64,000 nucleotides of DNA from Thermoanaerobaculia bacterium (GTDB taxonomy: Bacteria > Acidobacteriota > Thermoanaerobaculia > UBA5066): contig CAVRAY010000001.1 of assembly GCA_963719225.1 (NCBI GenBank), forward strand, positions 2,848,001 to 2,912,000, written 5' to 3'. The stretch's first letter is position 1, and each line of letters starts with the position of its first letter. The translations under genes and the position numbers were made by a program. Below the pieces are notes generated by a model that was given only the letters and a program-made list of their open reading frames with translations, did not search any database and was not told where the DNA came from. Of the stretch, positions 38,434 through 51,327 are shown piece by piece.

Positions 38434-39039
38434 ATGCCGGCCGCACCGATCGTCCCCGAGGACCTCAGGAGTCGTCTCGCCCGCATCCGCGGGATCATCC
38501 TCGACGTGGACGGCGTCCTGACGGACGGCTCGATGACGTTCGACGAAACCGGGAACGAGACGAAGTCGTTCGACGTGAAGGACGGCCTCGGCCTCGTCCT
38601 CCTGCGCGACCTCGGCTACCGGATCGGCGTCGTCTCGAGCCGGACGTCCAAGGTCGTGGCGCACCGATGCGCGGAGCTGAAGATCTCCGACGAATACGTC
38701 CTCCAGGGCGAGCGCGACAAGGTCGCCTCGTTCGACCTCCTCGCGAAGCGCTGGGGACTCGACGCAATCGAGATCGTGGCCGTTGGAGACGACCTCCCGG
38801 ACCTCGGCATGCTGCGGCGTGCGGGAGTCGGAGCGGCGCCCGCCGACGCGGTCGGGATCGTGCGGGACGCCGCGGCCCTCCAGCTCACGAAGCCGGGCGG
38901 CGCCGGCGCCGTCCGCGAGCTGTGCGACCTCATCCTCGAGGTGCGGCGCGGCGCGCGCGCCGACCGTCCCGCCGCCGTCGAACAGCCCCAGGCGCCGAGC
39001 GACGGCGACGTCATTCCTTTCCCGTTCGGCCGCACCTGA
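38434..39039 (+). CDS. kdsC: KDO 8-phosphate phosphatase (HAD)
   Basis: DVDGVLTDG, FDVKDGLG, GDDLPD and GGAGAVRE motifs. Confidence 0.93.
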   Translation: MPAAPIVPEDLRSRLARIRGIILDVDGVLTDGSMTFDETGNETKSFDVKDGLGLVLLRDLGYRIGVVSSRTSKVVAHRCAELKISDEYVLQGERDKVASFDLLAKRWGLDAIEIVAVGDDLPDLGMLRRAGVGAAPADAVGIVRDAAALQLTKPGGAGAVRELCDLILEVRRGARADRPAAVEQPQAPSDGDVIPFPFGRT

Positions 39040-39067
39040 CCCCGGCTCGCGGTCGCGGCCCGATCTC

Positions 39068-39592
39068 TCAGTTTCCTTCGGTCCCGCGTTCCTTCAGCAT
39101 GCAATCCCGGCACTCGGCGTAGAACGGTCCGGCCGCGAACGGCGACTGGATGGTCGGCTTGCCTCCGGCGTTTCCCGAAACCCGAACTTCGACCTTTCCG
39201 CACGCCGGCAGGGAGACGTGCACCGGGTGCTCCGCGGCTCCCGGCTGCCGATGGAACGTGATCGCACGCTCCTTCCAGGCTCCGGACGCCTGGTACCGGA
39301 ACAGGACCGTCATGCTCTGATCGGTGGCCCCGGTGGGAGCCGAAACAGGAAACGTGATGTTGCAGTGCCCCCCCTTCGAGCCGCAGTCGAACGACTTCGT
39401 CGCGACGGATGCGGGGTTCTCTCCGACCTTCACGACGCCTCCCTTTTCCGTCGAGGACGAGTTCGCGCCGCCTCGCGCGATCACCCATTTCGTCAGCGTC
39501 ATGGCCCCGGGGGGAATCGGGACCGGGCACTCCGCCGCCGCCGTGACGGCCGAGATCAGAGCGACGACGAGGACGGCGAGGACGCGTTTCAT
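39068..39592 (-). CDS. Hypothetical secreted six-cysteine protein
   Basis: SD AAGGAGG; MKRVLAVLVVALISAVTAAA signal peptide; 6 Cys. Confidence 0.75.
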   Translation of the reverse strand: MKRVLAVLVVALISAVTAAAECPVPIPPGAMTLTKWVIARGGANSSSTEKGGVVKVGENPASVATKSFDCGSKGGHCNITFPVSAPTGATDQSMTVLFRYQASGAWKERAITFHRQPGAAEHPVHVSLPACGKVEVRVSGNAGGKPTIQSPFAAGPFYAECRDCMLKERGTEGN

Positions 39593-39750
39593 ACTTGCCT
39601 CCTTTGAGGCTCCGCGGCTCGCGGCAGCAGAGCCCGACATCCTTCCGGGGAAACCGCCTGCTTCTTCGAGGCACAACGCCGGGAATCGCCGGGCCCACGA
39701 TACACCCCGCCTCGCGAACGGAACCAGTCGTTCCTGCTAGGCTCCGCCCC

Positions 39751-40227
39751 ATGCGCTGCCCCTACTGCGGCGCGGGAGACGACCGCGTCGTCGACTCGCG
39801 CGAGAGCCGCGAAGGAGCCGTGATCCGAAGGAGGCGGGAATGCAACGCCTGCCAGCGCCGCTTCACGTCCTACGAGACCGTCGAGGAGATCCCCCTCCTC
39901 GTGGTCAAGAAGGACGGGCGGCGCGAGCCGTTCGACCGCAACAAGCTCCTGCGGGGCCTCATGAAGGCCTGTGAGAAGCGCCCGGTCGAGACGAAGACCC
40001 TCGAGGCCATCTGCGACGAGATCGAGTCGGCGCTCTCGGCGAAGGAGCCGCGGGAGATGACGACCGTGGAGCTGGGCGCCGCGATCATGGAGAAGCTCAA
40101 GGAGCTGGACCAGGTGGCCTACGTGCGGTTCGCGTCCGTCTACCGCCGGTTCGAGGACCTCGGCGACTTCGTCGACGAGCTCAAGGCGCTGCTCGGGCGC
40201 GTGCCGGGAAGCGGGAGGGCGAGATGA
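39751..40227 (+). CDS. nrdR: Transcriptional repressor NrdR
   Basis: MRCPYC, VVDSR, IRRRREC..C..RFTSYE, ATP-cone and VAYVRFASVY motifs. Confidence 0.98.
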   Translation: MRCPYCGAGDDRVVDSRESREGAVIRRRRECNACQRRFTSYETVEEIPLLVVKKDGRREPFDRNKLLRGLMKACEKRPVETKTLEAICDEIESALSAKEPREMTTVELGAAIMEKLKELDQVAYVRFASVYRRFEDLGDFVDELKALLGRVPGSGRAR

Positions 40228-40624
40228 GGAATCGCGAGAGGTCGGTCTTCGTCTTCGGAACGGAGACGGCCCTGCCCGTCGCCCGCCCGGCTCCCGACGC
40301 CCCCGTGGACATCGTCGAGGACGCGCAGGGGTGGCGGCTCGTCTTCGAGATTCCGGGGGCCGATCCCGACCAGATCTCCGTCGACGTCCAGGGACGCGTC
40401 CTGACCTTGCGCGGCGTTCGCCGCGGGACCGACCGGGCTGGAGGCGTCTTCCTGAGAGTGGAGCGCGCGGCGGGGGCTTTCGAGCGCGTGCTCGAGCTGC
40501 CGCAGGATCCCGACCCGGAGCGCACCCGCGCGACGTACGAGGACGGCCTGCTCGTCCTCGAGGTGCCGAAGCGGTCCACGAAGAGCGGGCACTCCATCCC
40601 GGTCGTGAAGGGAAAGAAAGGCGC

Positions 40625-40628
<4 letters not shown>
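40224..40628 (+). CDS. Hsp20/alpha-crystallin small heat-shock protein
   Basis: PVDIVE, ER..G.FER..ELP and ATYEDGLLVLEVPK motifs. Confidence 0.9.
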
Positions 40629-43020
<2,392 letters not shown>

Positions 43021-43024
<4 letters not shown>

Positions 43025-44052
43025 AAGCGCGCCTGCCGACCGAGGACGCGATCGTCCAGCGCCTCGCGGCGGCCTTCGCGACGCGCCGCCGCGACGTCAA
43101 GATCGGCATCGGCGACGACGCCGCGATCGTCGCGGCGCCCTCGCGGCTCGCGGTGACCACGGACGTCCTCCTCGAGGATCACGATTTCCGCCGGGACGCC
43201 GACCCGCGCCGCCTCGGGCGTAAGGCGATCAACGTGAACCTCTCCGACCTCGCCGCGATGGGGGCGACGCCGCTGTGGGCCATCCTCGCGCTCGGACTCC
43301 CGAAGAAAACGCGCACCGAGTGGCTCGACGCGCTCGTCTCGGGAGTGCGCGAAGCGGCCGCCGAGCATGGCGTGGCCGTCGTCGGCGGGGACCTGTCCGC
43401 GTCGGAGAAGCTCTTCGTCACCGTGACGGCCCTCGGGCAGGCGCCCGAGAAGCCGCTCCTGCGCTCGGGAGCCGAGCCGGGAGACGCTCTCTACGTTTCC
43501 GGAACGCTCGGCGCGGCGGCGGCCGGCCTGAAGCTGCTCGAAGCCGGCTACCGCCTCTCCGCGGAGAAGGACGTCCTCGACCCGAAGGGCCGGCGCGTTC
43601 CGGCGCCGCGCGCACCCGAGAAGGGGCGGCTCATCCGCCATCAGATCGATCCGCGCCCGCAGCTCGAGCTCGGTGCCGCGCTCGCCTCGGGAGGCCTCGC
43701 GTCGGCGGCGCTGGACGTCTCGGACGGCCTCGTGCGCGATCTCTACAGGATCTGCCGCGCGTCGGACGTGGGCGCGACCGTCGAGGCCTCTCTCCTGCCG
43801 GCGGATTCCGCGCTCTCCAACCTCGCCGGCGTGCTCCGCCTCGATCCGCTCACCACGGCCCTCTACGGGGGCGAGGATTTCGGGCTGCTCTTCACGGTGC
43901 CGCGGCGCAAGCTCGCCGCGGTCGAAGCTCTCTCCGGGCGGTTCGCCCTCCGGCGCATCGGCCTGATCGACGACGGCGCCGGCGTCCGCCTCGTGCGCGA
44001 CGGGCGGCGGGCGCCCCTTGCCGACGCGGGTTTCGATCACTTTGGCGCCTGA
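43021..44052 (+). CDS. thiL: Thiamine-monophosphate kinase
   Basis: [27 protein letters not shown] and GGEDF.LLFT motifs. Confidence 0.95.
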
Positions 44053-44539
44053 AACGTTCAAGCACAGGTTCCTTCACATGCTCGGGAGCGATTCGCCTCC
44101 CGAGGTCGTCGCCGCGTCGTTCGCGATCGGCGTCGCGATCTCCTTCACCCCGCTCATCGGGCTTCACTGGATCATCGCGCTCGTCCTGGCGGTGATCCTG
44201 AAGCTCAACAAGGTGGACGTTCTCCTCGGGACTCTCGTCGTGAATCCCATGACGCTTCCAGCGGTCGCCGCGGTCGCGATCCCGATCGGCCGTTTCCTGC
44301 TCCGGGCGCGGCGCGAGGCGATCGCACATCTGCCGTGGCGCGACATGTTCCGGCGCTCGTTCTGGACCACCGCGGGACCGACGATGAAGGCGATCGGCCT
44401 CCAGATGGCCGTCGGCATGTTCTTTCTCGCGGTGATCGTGGGGGCGCTCACGTACGTCGTCCTCGTGAACCTGATCCGGCGTCACCGCGCGAAGCTCGCC
44501 GCGCGCGCGAGCTCCCCTCTCACCCCGCCGTCGCCGTGA
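44042..44539 (+). CDS. DUF2062 family membrane protein
   Basis: [18 protein letters not shown] and LKLN...GT.VVNP motifs; start uncertain. Confidence 0.85.
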   Translation: MAPETFKHRFLHMLGSDSPPEVVAASFAIGVAISFTPLIGLHWIIALVLAVILKLNKVDVLLGTLVVNPMTLPAVAAVAIPIGRFLLRARREAIAHLPWRDMFRRSFWTTAGPTMKAIGLQMAVGMFFLAVIVGALTYVVLVNLIRRHRAKLAARASSPLTPPSP

Positions 44540-46574
44540 ATGCCGCCAGGGCCTTCGCGAGTCGCGCGTCGGGCTTCGGAATGTTCTTGCGTATGTCCGG
44601 CACCCTCAGGCGCGCACGGAAGCGTGTCTCCGGATGGCGCACGGCGTACTCAAGGAGCTCGGAAGCCAGGATCTGATCCTGCGGGTTCGCGCGCACGGCG
44701 CGGGTCCATTCCGCCCCCGCGGCAATCGTCCGGCCGGCCCGCTCGTAGCCCTCCGCGAGAAAGCGCCGCGCCTCCCCGTTCGCGGAGTCCTTCACGAGCG
44801 CCCAGCGGGCCTCGTCCCAGGCTTCCTCCTCCCGCCCGAGCTTCCGGAGGACGCGCGCGTGCGCCAGGCGCGCCGAGACGGCGCCGTCGCCGTTCTCGAC
44901 CGCGTCGTCCCACGCGTCCTCGGCCTCCTCCAGCGTCCCGTGCTGCTCCAGGAACCCCGCGCGATGGAAGGCGACGGGATACGAATCGGGGAAGCGGTCG
45001 TACGCCGTCTCGAACTGCTTGCGCGCCTCCTCGGTGCGCCCCGATTCCTCGAGGGTCTTCGCGAGCCCCCAGTTCCCGTTCTCGTAGGCCGGGAAGATCT
45101 CCACGGATTTCCGATAGCACCCGATCGCCTCGTCCCATTTCTTCTCGTCCCAGAGCTGCTTGCCGAGCAGCGCCCAGGCGTCGTAGTAATCCGGAAAGAT
45201 CGCGATCGCCTCGCGCAGATGAGGCACGGCCACGGCCCGGCGGCTCTCGCGCTGCGCGTCCCAGGCGACGTTGTAATGAGCCTTCGCCGAGCGCGGGACC
45301 TTCGCGACCATGTCGGCATAGAGGGTCTCGTCGTCCTTCCAAACGCGATTGCGTACGAGCGTCGCGGCCGCATACCCGACGACGGCGACGAGAAGAACGA
45401 CCTCGCGCCAGGGCCGCGCCGGCCGCGGGACCTCGCGTCCCTCGGCGGCGAGGAGACCGACGGCGAAACAGAAGAGGCCTGCCGACGGAAGATAGGCGAG
45501 CCTCTCCGCGAAAATCGTCCCGATCACGAACGGGACGTTCGAGACGGGAAAGAGGGCGCCCGCGAAGAGGCAGAGCCCGAACGCGGCGAGAGGCCTTCTC
45601 TTCCAGAGCACGACCGCGAGAGCCGCGGCCAGGAATGCGCCCAAGGGGCCGACCCATGCCGCCGGCTCGCGCAGCGAACGAACGAGCGGCAGCGCGAACG
45701 CCGAGTGGTCCGCGGAGAGGTTGACCGGCAGGAACGTCTTCCCCATGTAACGAAGAGCGAGGCTCAGCGCGTTCACCGTGCGCACCGGAATGGACATCCC
45801 GACGAGCGGATTCTCGAGCTCGAAAATGCCCGCTTCCCTGGAGATGAGAAAGCCCTTGATGACGACGAAACGGACGGTGAAGAGCACCGCGATCGGAAGC
45901 GTGAATCCCGCGAGGCCCCACCTTGCCGGGGGTGAGAGCGCGCGCCACGCTTCGCGGGGCGACCGGCCGCGGCCTCCCCGGAACAGCTCCCCGAGCAGGA
46001 TGACGCCGGGCGCGACGACCGCGTTCTCCTTGACGAAGACCGAAAGCAGGAACACCACGAGCGCCGCCGCGTACGGGCGTTTCGCGAGCGGGCCGTCGCG
46101 CGTCGCGCGCAGCCAGAGAAGCGACACGACGAAGACGCACCAGGCCGCGAGGAGCTCGGCCCGCCCGACGAGGGACGTCACGGCCTCCACGTGGATCGTG
46201 GCGACCGCAAAGAGCGCGGCCGCGGCGGAGGCCTCCCCCACGGCGAACCCCAGCGCGACGAGCCAGGATGCGAACGTCACGGTCACGGCGGCGTTGAGCG
46301 CGAGGTTCACGGCCCGGAACAGCCATGCCCGGTTCCCGTGAATCCACTCCTGCACCGCGTACGTCAGGAGGAGGACCGGGCGGTAGTTCTGAGCCGAGGT
46401 GAGCGACCCGCCGAAGTACTGCGTCGTGAAGACCTCGCCCACGTTCTCCGGGGTCGCGATGCGCTCGTTGTCGCGGATGATGAGCTTGTCGTCGTACGTG
46501 AAGTCGTACGGAAGCGCGTTCAGGAACGGGAGCAGCGCGAGGAACGCGAGTCCCAGACGGCGGCGGAGCGACAC
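44520..46574 (-). CDS. TMTC-like GT-C membrane protein with C-terminal TPR repeats
   Basis: FTYDD..I..N, YRP, IHVEAVTSLVGRAELL, KE, AERLAYLPS and RNRVW motifs, then TPRs. Confidence 0.85.
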   Translation of the reverse strand: MSLRRRLGLAFLALLPFLNALPYDFTYDDKLIIRDNERIATPENVGEVFTTQYFGGSLTSAQNYRPVLLLTYAVQEWIHGNRAWLFRAVNLALNAAVTVTFASWLVALGFAVGEASAAAALFAVATIHVEAVTSLVGRAELLAAWCVFVVSLLWLRATRDGPLAKRPYAAALVVFLLSVFVKENAVVAPGVILLGELFRGGRGRSPREAWRALSPPARWGLAGFTLPIAVLFTVRFVVIKGFLISREAGIFELENPLVGMSIPVRTVNALSLALRYMGKTFLPVNLSADHSAFALPLVRSLREPAAWVGPLGAFLAAALAVVLWKRRPLAAFGLCLFAGALFPVSNVPFVIGTIFAERLAYLPSAGLFCFAVGLLAAEGREVPRPARPWREVVLLVAVVGYAAATLVRNRVWKDDETLYADMVAKVPRSAKAHYNVAWDAQRESRRAVAVPHLREAIAIFPDYYDAWALLGKQLWDEKKWDEAIGCYRKSVEIFPAYENGNWGLAKTLEESGRTEEARKQFETAYDRFPDSYPVAFHRAGFLEQHGTLEEAEDAWDDAVENGDGAVSARLAHARVLRKLGREEEAWDEARWALVKDSANGEARRFLAEGYERAGRTIAAGAEWTRAVRANPQDQILASELLEYAVRHPETRFRARLRVPDIRKNIPKPDARLAKALAAFTATAG

Positions 46575-46583
46575 GCGCGGAGT

Positions 46584-49500
46584 CTAGCGTTCGGCGTAGG
46601 GGGCTCCGATCCGGAGCTTCTTCATCTCGTACAGCAGAGACTGGCGCGAGATCCCGAGATGGCGCGCGGCGCGCGTGCGGTTCCCCGCCGTCTCGAGGAG
46701 GGCGTCGTTGATCGCGCCCACGCGCGCGGCGTTCACGGCGGCCCGGTAGGACCGCGCGGCGGGCGTTCGTTCCCCTCTTTCGCGCAAGGCGCGCGGGAGG
46801 TGCTCGAGGCCCACGACGCGCCCGGGCGAGGCGAGCGCGATTGCCGCTTCGATCGCGGCGAGGAGCTCGCGGACGTTGCCGGGCCATGGCCAGCTCCTGA
46901 GAGCGGCCGAAGCTTCGCGTGTCAGCGTCGCGCGCGACCCGAGGGCCGCATTCACGAAACGAACGAGGTCTCGGGGGCGCTCGCGGAGCGGCGGCAGCTC
47001 GAGCTCGAGGCCGGCGAGTCGGAAGTAGAGATCGGCCCTGAACGCGGCGGCTTCGGCCATCTCCTTGAGCGGCCGGTGCGTCGCCGAGAGCACGCGCAGG
47101 TCCACGCGCCTGACGGCGGTCTCCCCGAGCCGCCGCACCTCGCTCTCCTGAAGAACGCGCAGGAGCTTGCCCTGGAGGGCGAGCGGCAGGTCGCCGATCT
47201 CGTCGAGAAAGAGCGTTCCCCCTGTAGATTCCTCGACGAGACCCTTGCGGTCCCGATCGGCGCCGGTGAACGCTCCGCGCGCGTGTCCGAACAGCTCCGA
47301 TTCCGCGAGCGTCCCCGGAAGAGCCGCGACGTTCACGGCGACGAAAGCCCCGCGCCGCCCCGAGAGCCGGTGAAGCTCCTGGGCCAGGATCTCCTTGCCG
47401 GTCCCGCTTTCCCCGAGAAGGAGAACCGAGATCGTCGACCGCGCGACGCGCGCCGCCTTTTCGAAGACCTCTCGTGTGGCGGGATCCTCCGCCACGATCG
47501 AAAGCGCCGCCGGTGCCGGCAGAGGCCGAAGGGCTTCAGCCGGAGCACCGTGTTCGAGGGCCCGTGTCAGGCACTGCTCCGCGCGCACCAGACCCGCTCG
47601 CGCCGCCATGCGGCGGGTCAGACTCAGAAGCGGCCCGGCAGCCGAGGTCGCGAAGACGGACGGAAAACGGCCGCGCCACTCGAGAACACGGCGGACGGCG
47701 ATGCCGGCACCCGCACCCGTGGAGGCGATTCGCTCGAGCGCCGCACACGCGCCATCCGAAGGCGCCCGTCCCGCCCTGAGCGCCGCCTCGGATTCGAGGA
47801 GGGCGATCTCGTTAGCGCTCCAGGCGGAGAGTGTCTCCCGGACCGTGCGCCCCGCGTCGTGGGACGCGGAGGCCCAGAGGCGAAGACGGCGCATCTCCGT
47901 GCGCGAGCGGTTGTCCGGAAGCTCTCCCGCGCGCGCCAGGAGCGCGAGCGCGGCTTCGGGGTCCTGCGCCGCGAGGAGGCGCTCGGCTTCGAGAAGGAGA
48001 ATTTCTCGCCATGCCGGGTGTGACGGGCCCTCGTTTCCCCGTTCCTGAGCCTCGAGAAACGCGGCCGCGGCCTCGCCGTCGTCCCCGTCGAGGAGCGCGA
48101 GCTCCTGCAGGCTCGGAATCGCGAAGAGGATCTGGTGGTTTCTCCCGCCCGCCCGCTCATGGGAAAGGACCCGCGCCAGAACGATCCGCGCGGCGGAGAA
48201 GTCGCCGGACCTGAGGAGGAGGTCGATCCGGTTGCCGAGCGCCGAGAGGTAGCGCTCCTCGTGGCGTCCGGCCGCGTAGAGTCCGAGCGCGGCGTCGAGC
48301 TCGCGCGCGGCGACGTCGAGGCGCCCGCCGTCGAGAGCCGCGTGCGCGACGTCGTACGCCGCGTCCGCCTTTTCAAGTGCAGTCGTGGAGAGATCCTCCA
48401 CGCGGCGGAAGAGCGCGATCGCTTCGTCCGTCCGGCCGAGGTCGTTCGCGAGGAATCCGGCGGTGCGCGCAAGCTCGCGCGCGAGGCGGGGATCTTCGAC
48501 GCCGGGGAGAAGAACTTCGGCTTCGGCGAGCGCGGCGGCCGCGGCCGCGTAGTCGTGGGCGCGCTCGTGGAGCTCGGCTGCGAGGAGCCTCTCCTGCAGA
48601 CGAAACGAGACCGGAGCCCCGTCGACCTTTCGAGCCGCGCGCGCCAGAACGCGCCGGGCCGCCTCGTCGCGGCACGCGCCCGCGAGCACACGCGCGCGCG
48701 CCACGTCCTCGTCGGGAGTCCCCCCGGGGCAGAGCGCCACGGCGCGGTCTTCCTCGCGCAGGGCGACGAGAACGCTGGCCGTCGCGAGCCTCTCTTCGAG
48801 GGAAGCGCCGCGCGAAGCTCCGGCCGTGATTCGGCCCGCTGCTTCCCGCGCGGCCTCGGGCCTTCCCGCGGCATGCAGAATCCGCACGGCGAGGAGCGGC
48901 CGGCCGAAATCGGGGCTCTTCCTCGGAGAGCGGGAGAGAATTTCGGCGGCCACGCCGAGATCCCGGTCTGCGGCCGCCACGTCGAGCGCCGCGTGCGCCG
49001 CCTCGAGGTCGGCGGGTTTGCCTCGTCCGAGCGCTGCGATCGCGAATCGCGTTCCCCCGAGTCCCCACGCCTCGAGCCGCCCGACCGCCTCGCCTCGTGC
49101 GGACGCCGGCACCCGCGCGGCGATCCGGCGGCGCTCGCCTTCGTCCCGAAACGCGAACGTTCCTTCTGCCCCGGTGACCAGCACTCCGCGCTCGGCGGCG
49201 TTCGCGAGCGCCTCCTCCGCGGCCGGGAGAGCGACTCCGGCGGCAACGGCGGCCTCGGCGACGCGGAACCCCGCGGCGAGAAGCGCGGCCGCCTCGAGAG
49301 CAGGACCGCACCTCTCCGATCCCGCGGGCCGCGGGCGCGCGGTCGAGACGCGGCCCTCGGCCGGATCGAAACGCGCCGCGAGGTCACGCACGACGTCGAG
49401 GACACGGCCCGGATCGGTCGTCCCTGTCGCTCCCCGGGCAGCATCCTCCGCCTCGCGCCACGCGGCGACGGCATGGTGCACGGATGCGAACGGAAGCCAG

Positions 49501-50537
49501 AGGAGCGAGGCGGCGTCTCCGGGGCCCAGGCTGAAGGACAGAAGGGGCGCGTCCTCCCAGGGCTCGAGGCGGGCCGCCCTCGTGGCGAAGGGCCGGAAGC
49601 CGAGACCCGAGAGATCCCTTTCGAAAGCGAGGCGCGATCGCGCGTCCCAGCGTTCCAGCGAGACGGCGACGAGGGCAAGGGGAGGGCCCTCGGCCGAACG
49701 TCGTGGGCGCGATCCGTCCGCGAGATCGCGCAGCGTGGCCGCACGCGGATCGTCTTCGAGCGAACACGCGAGGCGCCGGAGGGCGCCGCCCTGGTCCAGG
49801 GCGGAACCCGCCGCGCATTCCACGAACGCCGGCGGCTCCTCCCGCCGCGCGGCGCCCCGTGCAAGCCAGAGAGCAGCGCTTCCTACGGCCGTCGCGGGTC
49901 CCGGCCCGCCCTCGCCCGCGGCGCTCGCGGGGGGAAGCGAAAGGCCGAGGAGGTCCCGCGAAACGTCACGCCCCACGCCGCCCCGCGTCGCCAGCTCGGC
50001 CACGAGTCCCTCGGATCGCCCGCGCGCGTCAGCCGCGCGAAGAGCGGTGACGACGTCCTCCGCGACGTCGCGGGGAAGGACGCCGTCGAGGGCGTCCTCG
50101 ACCGCACGTCGCAGCGATTCCGCGTCCTTGCCGCCCGCTTGCCCGCCCCCCAGCCTGACGGCGGCGGCCGCAACCGCGAGACCGGGTGACACCGCGCGCC
50201 ACGCCGCGACCGGAGGGGCGGCCAGGGCCGGCCGCTCCGGGTCGCTCTCCCGTGCTCCGAGATGGGAGATGTCCTCGGGAGCGAGACCGAGCCCGTGAAA
50301 CGAGAGGAATCCGGCGAGAGAGCCGAGCCTGACGAGATACGCACGGCGGGAGGGCGCATCCAGGCGCGCGAGCGGAGCGGGATCGGGGCCCTCCATGGCG
50401 AGGACGAGCCCCTTCGGTCCGGGGCGGGCGGCGACGAAAACGGGCAGCAGAGGATGCTCGAGCCGCACGAGCGCCGACCCGCCCGCCGCGAGGTCGCGGC
50501 GCGGAATCGTCCACTGCCGGAGCGCCTTCGAAGGCAC
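46584..50537 (-). CDS. Large sigma54-dependent enhancer-binding protein (degenerate N-terminus, TPRs, AAA+, Fis HTH)
   Basis: [38 protein letters not shown] and [14 protein letters not shown]; GTG 50537 with GGAGG chosen because the longer ORF overlaps the methyltransferase. Confidence 0.88.
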   Translation of the reverse strand: MPSKALRQWTIPRRDLAAGGSALVRLEHPLLPVFVAARPGPKGLVLAMEGPDPAPLARLDAPSRRAYLVRLGSLAGFLSFHGLGLAPEDISHLGARESDPERPALAAPPVAAWRAVSPGLAVAAAAVRLGGGQAGGKDAESLRRAVEDALDGVLPRDVAEDVVTALRAADARGRSEGLVAELATRGGVGRDVSRDLLGLSLPPASAAGEGGPGPATAVGSAALWLARGAARREEPPAFVECAAGSALDQGGALRRLACSLEDDPRAATLRDLADGSRPRRSAEGPPLALVAVSLERWDARSRLAFERDLSGLGFRPFATRAARLEPWEDAPLLSFSLGPGDAASLLWLPFASVHHAVAAWREAEDAARGATGTTDPGRVLDVVRDLAARFDPAEGRVSTARPRPAGSERCGPALEAAALLAAGFRVAEAAVAAGVALPAAEEALANAAERGVLVTGAEGTFAFRDEGERRRIAARVPASARGEAVGRLEAWGLGGTRFAIAALGRGKPADLEAAHAALDVAAADRDLGVAAEILSRSPRKSPDFGRPLLAVRILHAAGRPEAAREAAGRITAGASRGASLEERLATASVLVALREEDRAVALCPGGTPDEDVARARVLAGACRDEAARRVLARAARKVDGAPVSFRLQERLLAAELHERAHDYAAAAAALAEAEVLLPGVEDPRLARELARTAGFLANDLGRTDEAIALFRRVEDLSTTALEKADAAYDVAHAALDGGRLDVAARELDAALGLYAAGRHEERYLSALGNRIDLLLRSGDFSAARIVLARVLSHERAGGRNHQILFAIPSLQELALLDGDDGEAAAAFLEAQERGNEGPSHPAWREILLLEAERLLAAQDPEAALALLARAGELPDNRSRTEMRRLRLWASASHDAGRTVRETLSAWSANEIALLESEAALRAGRAPSDGACAALERIASTGAGAGIAVRRVLEWRGRFPSVFATSAAGPLLSLTRRMAARAGLVRAEQCLTRALEHGAPAEALRPLPAPAALSIVAEDPATREVFEKAARVARSTISVLLLGESGTGKEILAQELHRLSGRRGAFVAVNVAALPGTLAESELFGHARGAFTGADRDRKGLVEESTGGTLFLDEIGDLPLALQGKLLRVLQESEVRRLGETAVRRVDLRVLSATHRPLKEMAEAAAFRADLYFRLAGLELELPPLRERPRDLVRFVNAALGSRATLTREASAALRSWPWPGNVRELLAAIEAAIALASPGRVVGLEHLPRALRERGERTPAARSYRAAVNAARVGAINDALLETAGNRTRAARHLGISRQSLLYEMKKLRIGAPYAER

Positions 50538-50608
50538 CGTCCGTCCTCCCGCCGACCGCGGCTGCCGGGCTGTCTTACGGCGGACGATTTCCGAAAGGCG
50601 TTCCCTTG

Positions 50609-51307
50609 TCAAGCGGAGGGGCGTCGGGCGGTGACGAGCTCGAACCCGTGGAGATACCCGCGGCCCACGTCGGCGATCCCGACGCGCTCGAGACCCGCGC
50701 CCAGGAGGAGCTCCGCGACCTCCTCGCCCCCGCACGGGGCGACCGCCGCTCCCCGCGTGATCCCGAGGCCGACGGCGAGCCGCTCCTGCGCCGAATCGAG
50801 CCCTCGCTTCCAGCGCGGCCCCCCTCCGCTCGTGAGCACCACGAAGAGCCCGCACGGCGAGAGGGCCCGGGCGGCCTGCGAGACGAAACCGGGCCTCTCC
50901 GAAGGCGGCACGAGGTAAAGGACGTCGATGAGCGCCGCCTGCGAGAACGCCGCCGAAGGAGCCAGATCGATCTCGCCCTGCTGGAACGTGCGCGTCGCGG
51001 TCTCGGGCAGCCATCGCTGGGCGCGCTCGATCTTGCGCGGATCCGGATCGAGGCCGAGATAGGTTCCCGAAAAGCCGGCGCGGGCGAGGAGGTGCGCGAG
51101 AAGGCCGGGTCCGCATCCGAAGTCGACGAGCATCCCGCCGGATTCGAAGGCCGCGACGACCCGCGTCCAGGGGGCGCTTCGAAATCGGAGCAAGAGATGC
51201 ACGCGCTCGGGCAACGTGAGCGCGGCCGCGGCTCTCCAGAGCTCCGTCCGCTCGCCGCTTCCGAGCGCGAGGAGACCCTCCGCCGTGGTCCCGAGGTCTC
51301 TCTCCAT
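50609..51307 (-). CDS. Class I SAM-dependent methyltransferase
   Basis: LVDFGCGPG, GLDPD, IDVLY and L.P.G motifs. Confidence 0.88.
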   Translation of the reverse strand: MERDLGTTAEGLLALGSGERTELWRAAAALTLPERVHLLLRFRSAPWTRVVAAFESGGMLVDFGCGPGLLAHLLARAGFSGTYLGLDPDPRKIERAQRWLPETATRTFQQGEIDLAPSAAFSQAALIDVLYLVPPSERPGFVSQAARALSPCGLFVVLTSGGGPRWKRGLDSAQERLAVGLGITRGAAVAPCGGEEVAELLLGAGLERVGIADVGRGYLHGFELVTARRPSA

Positions 51308-51327
51308 CGCGCCCGTAGACTACAGGC

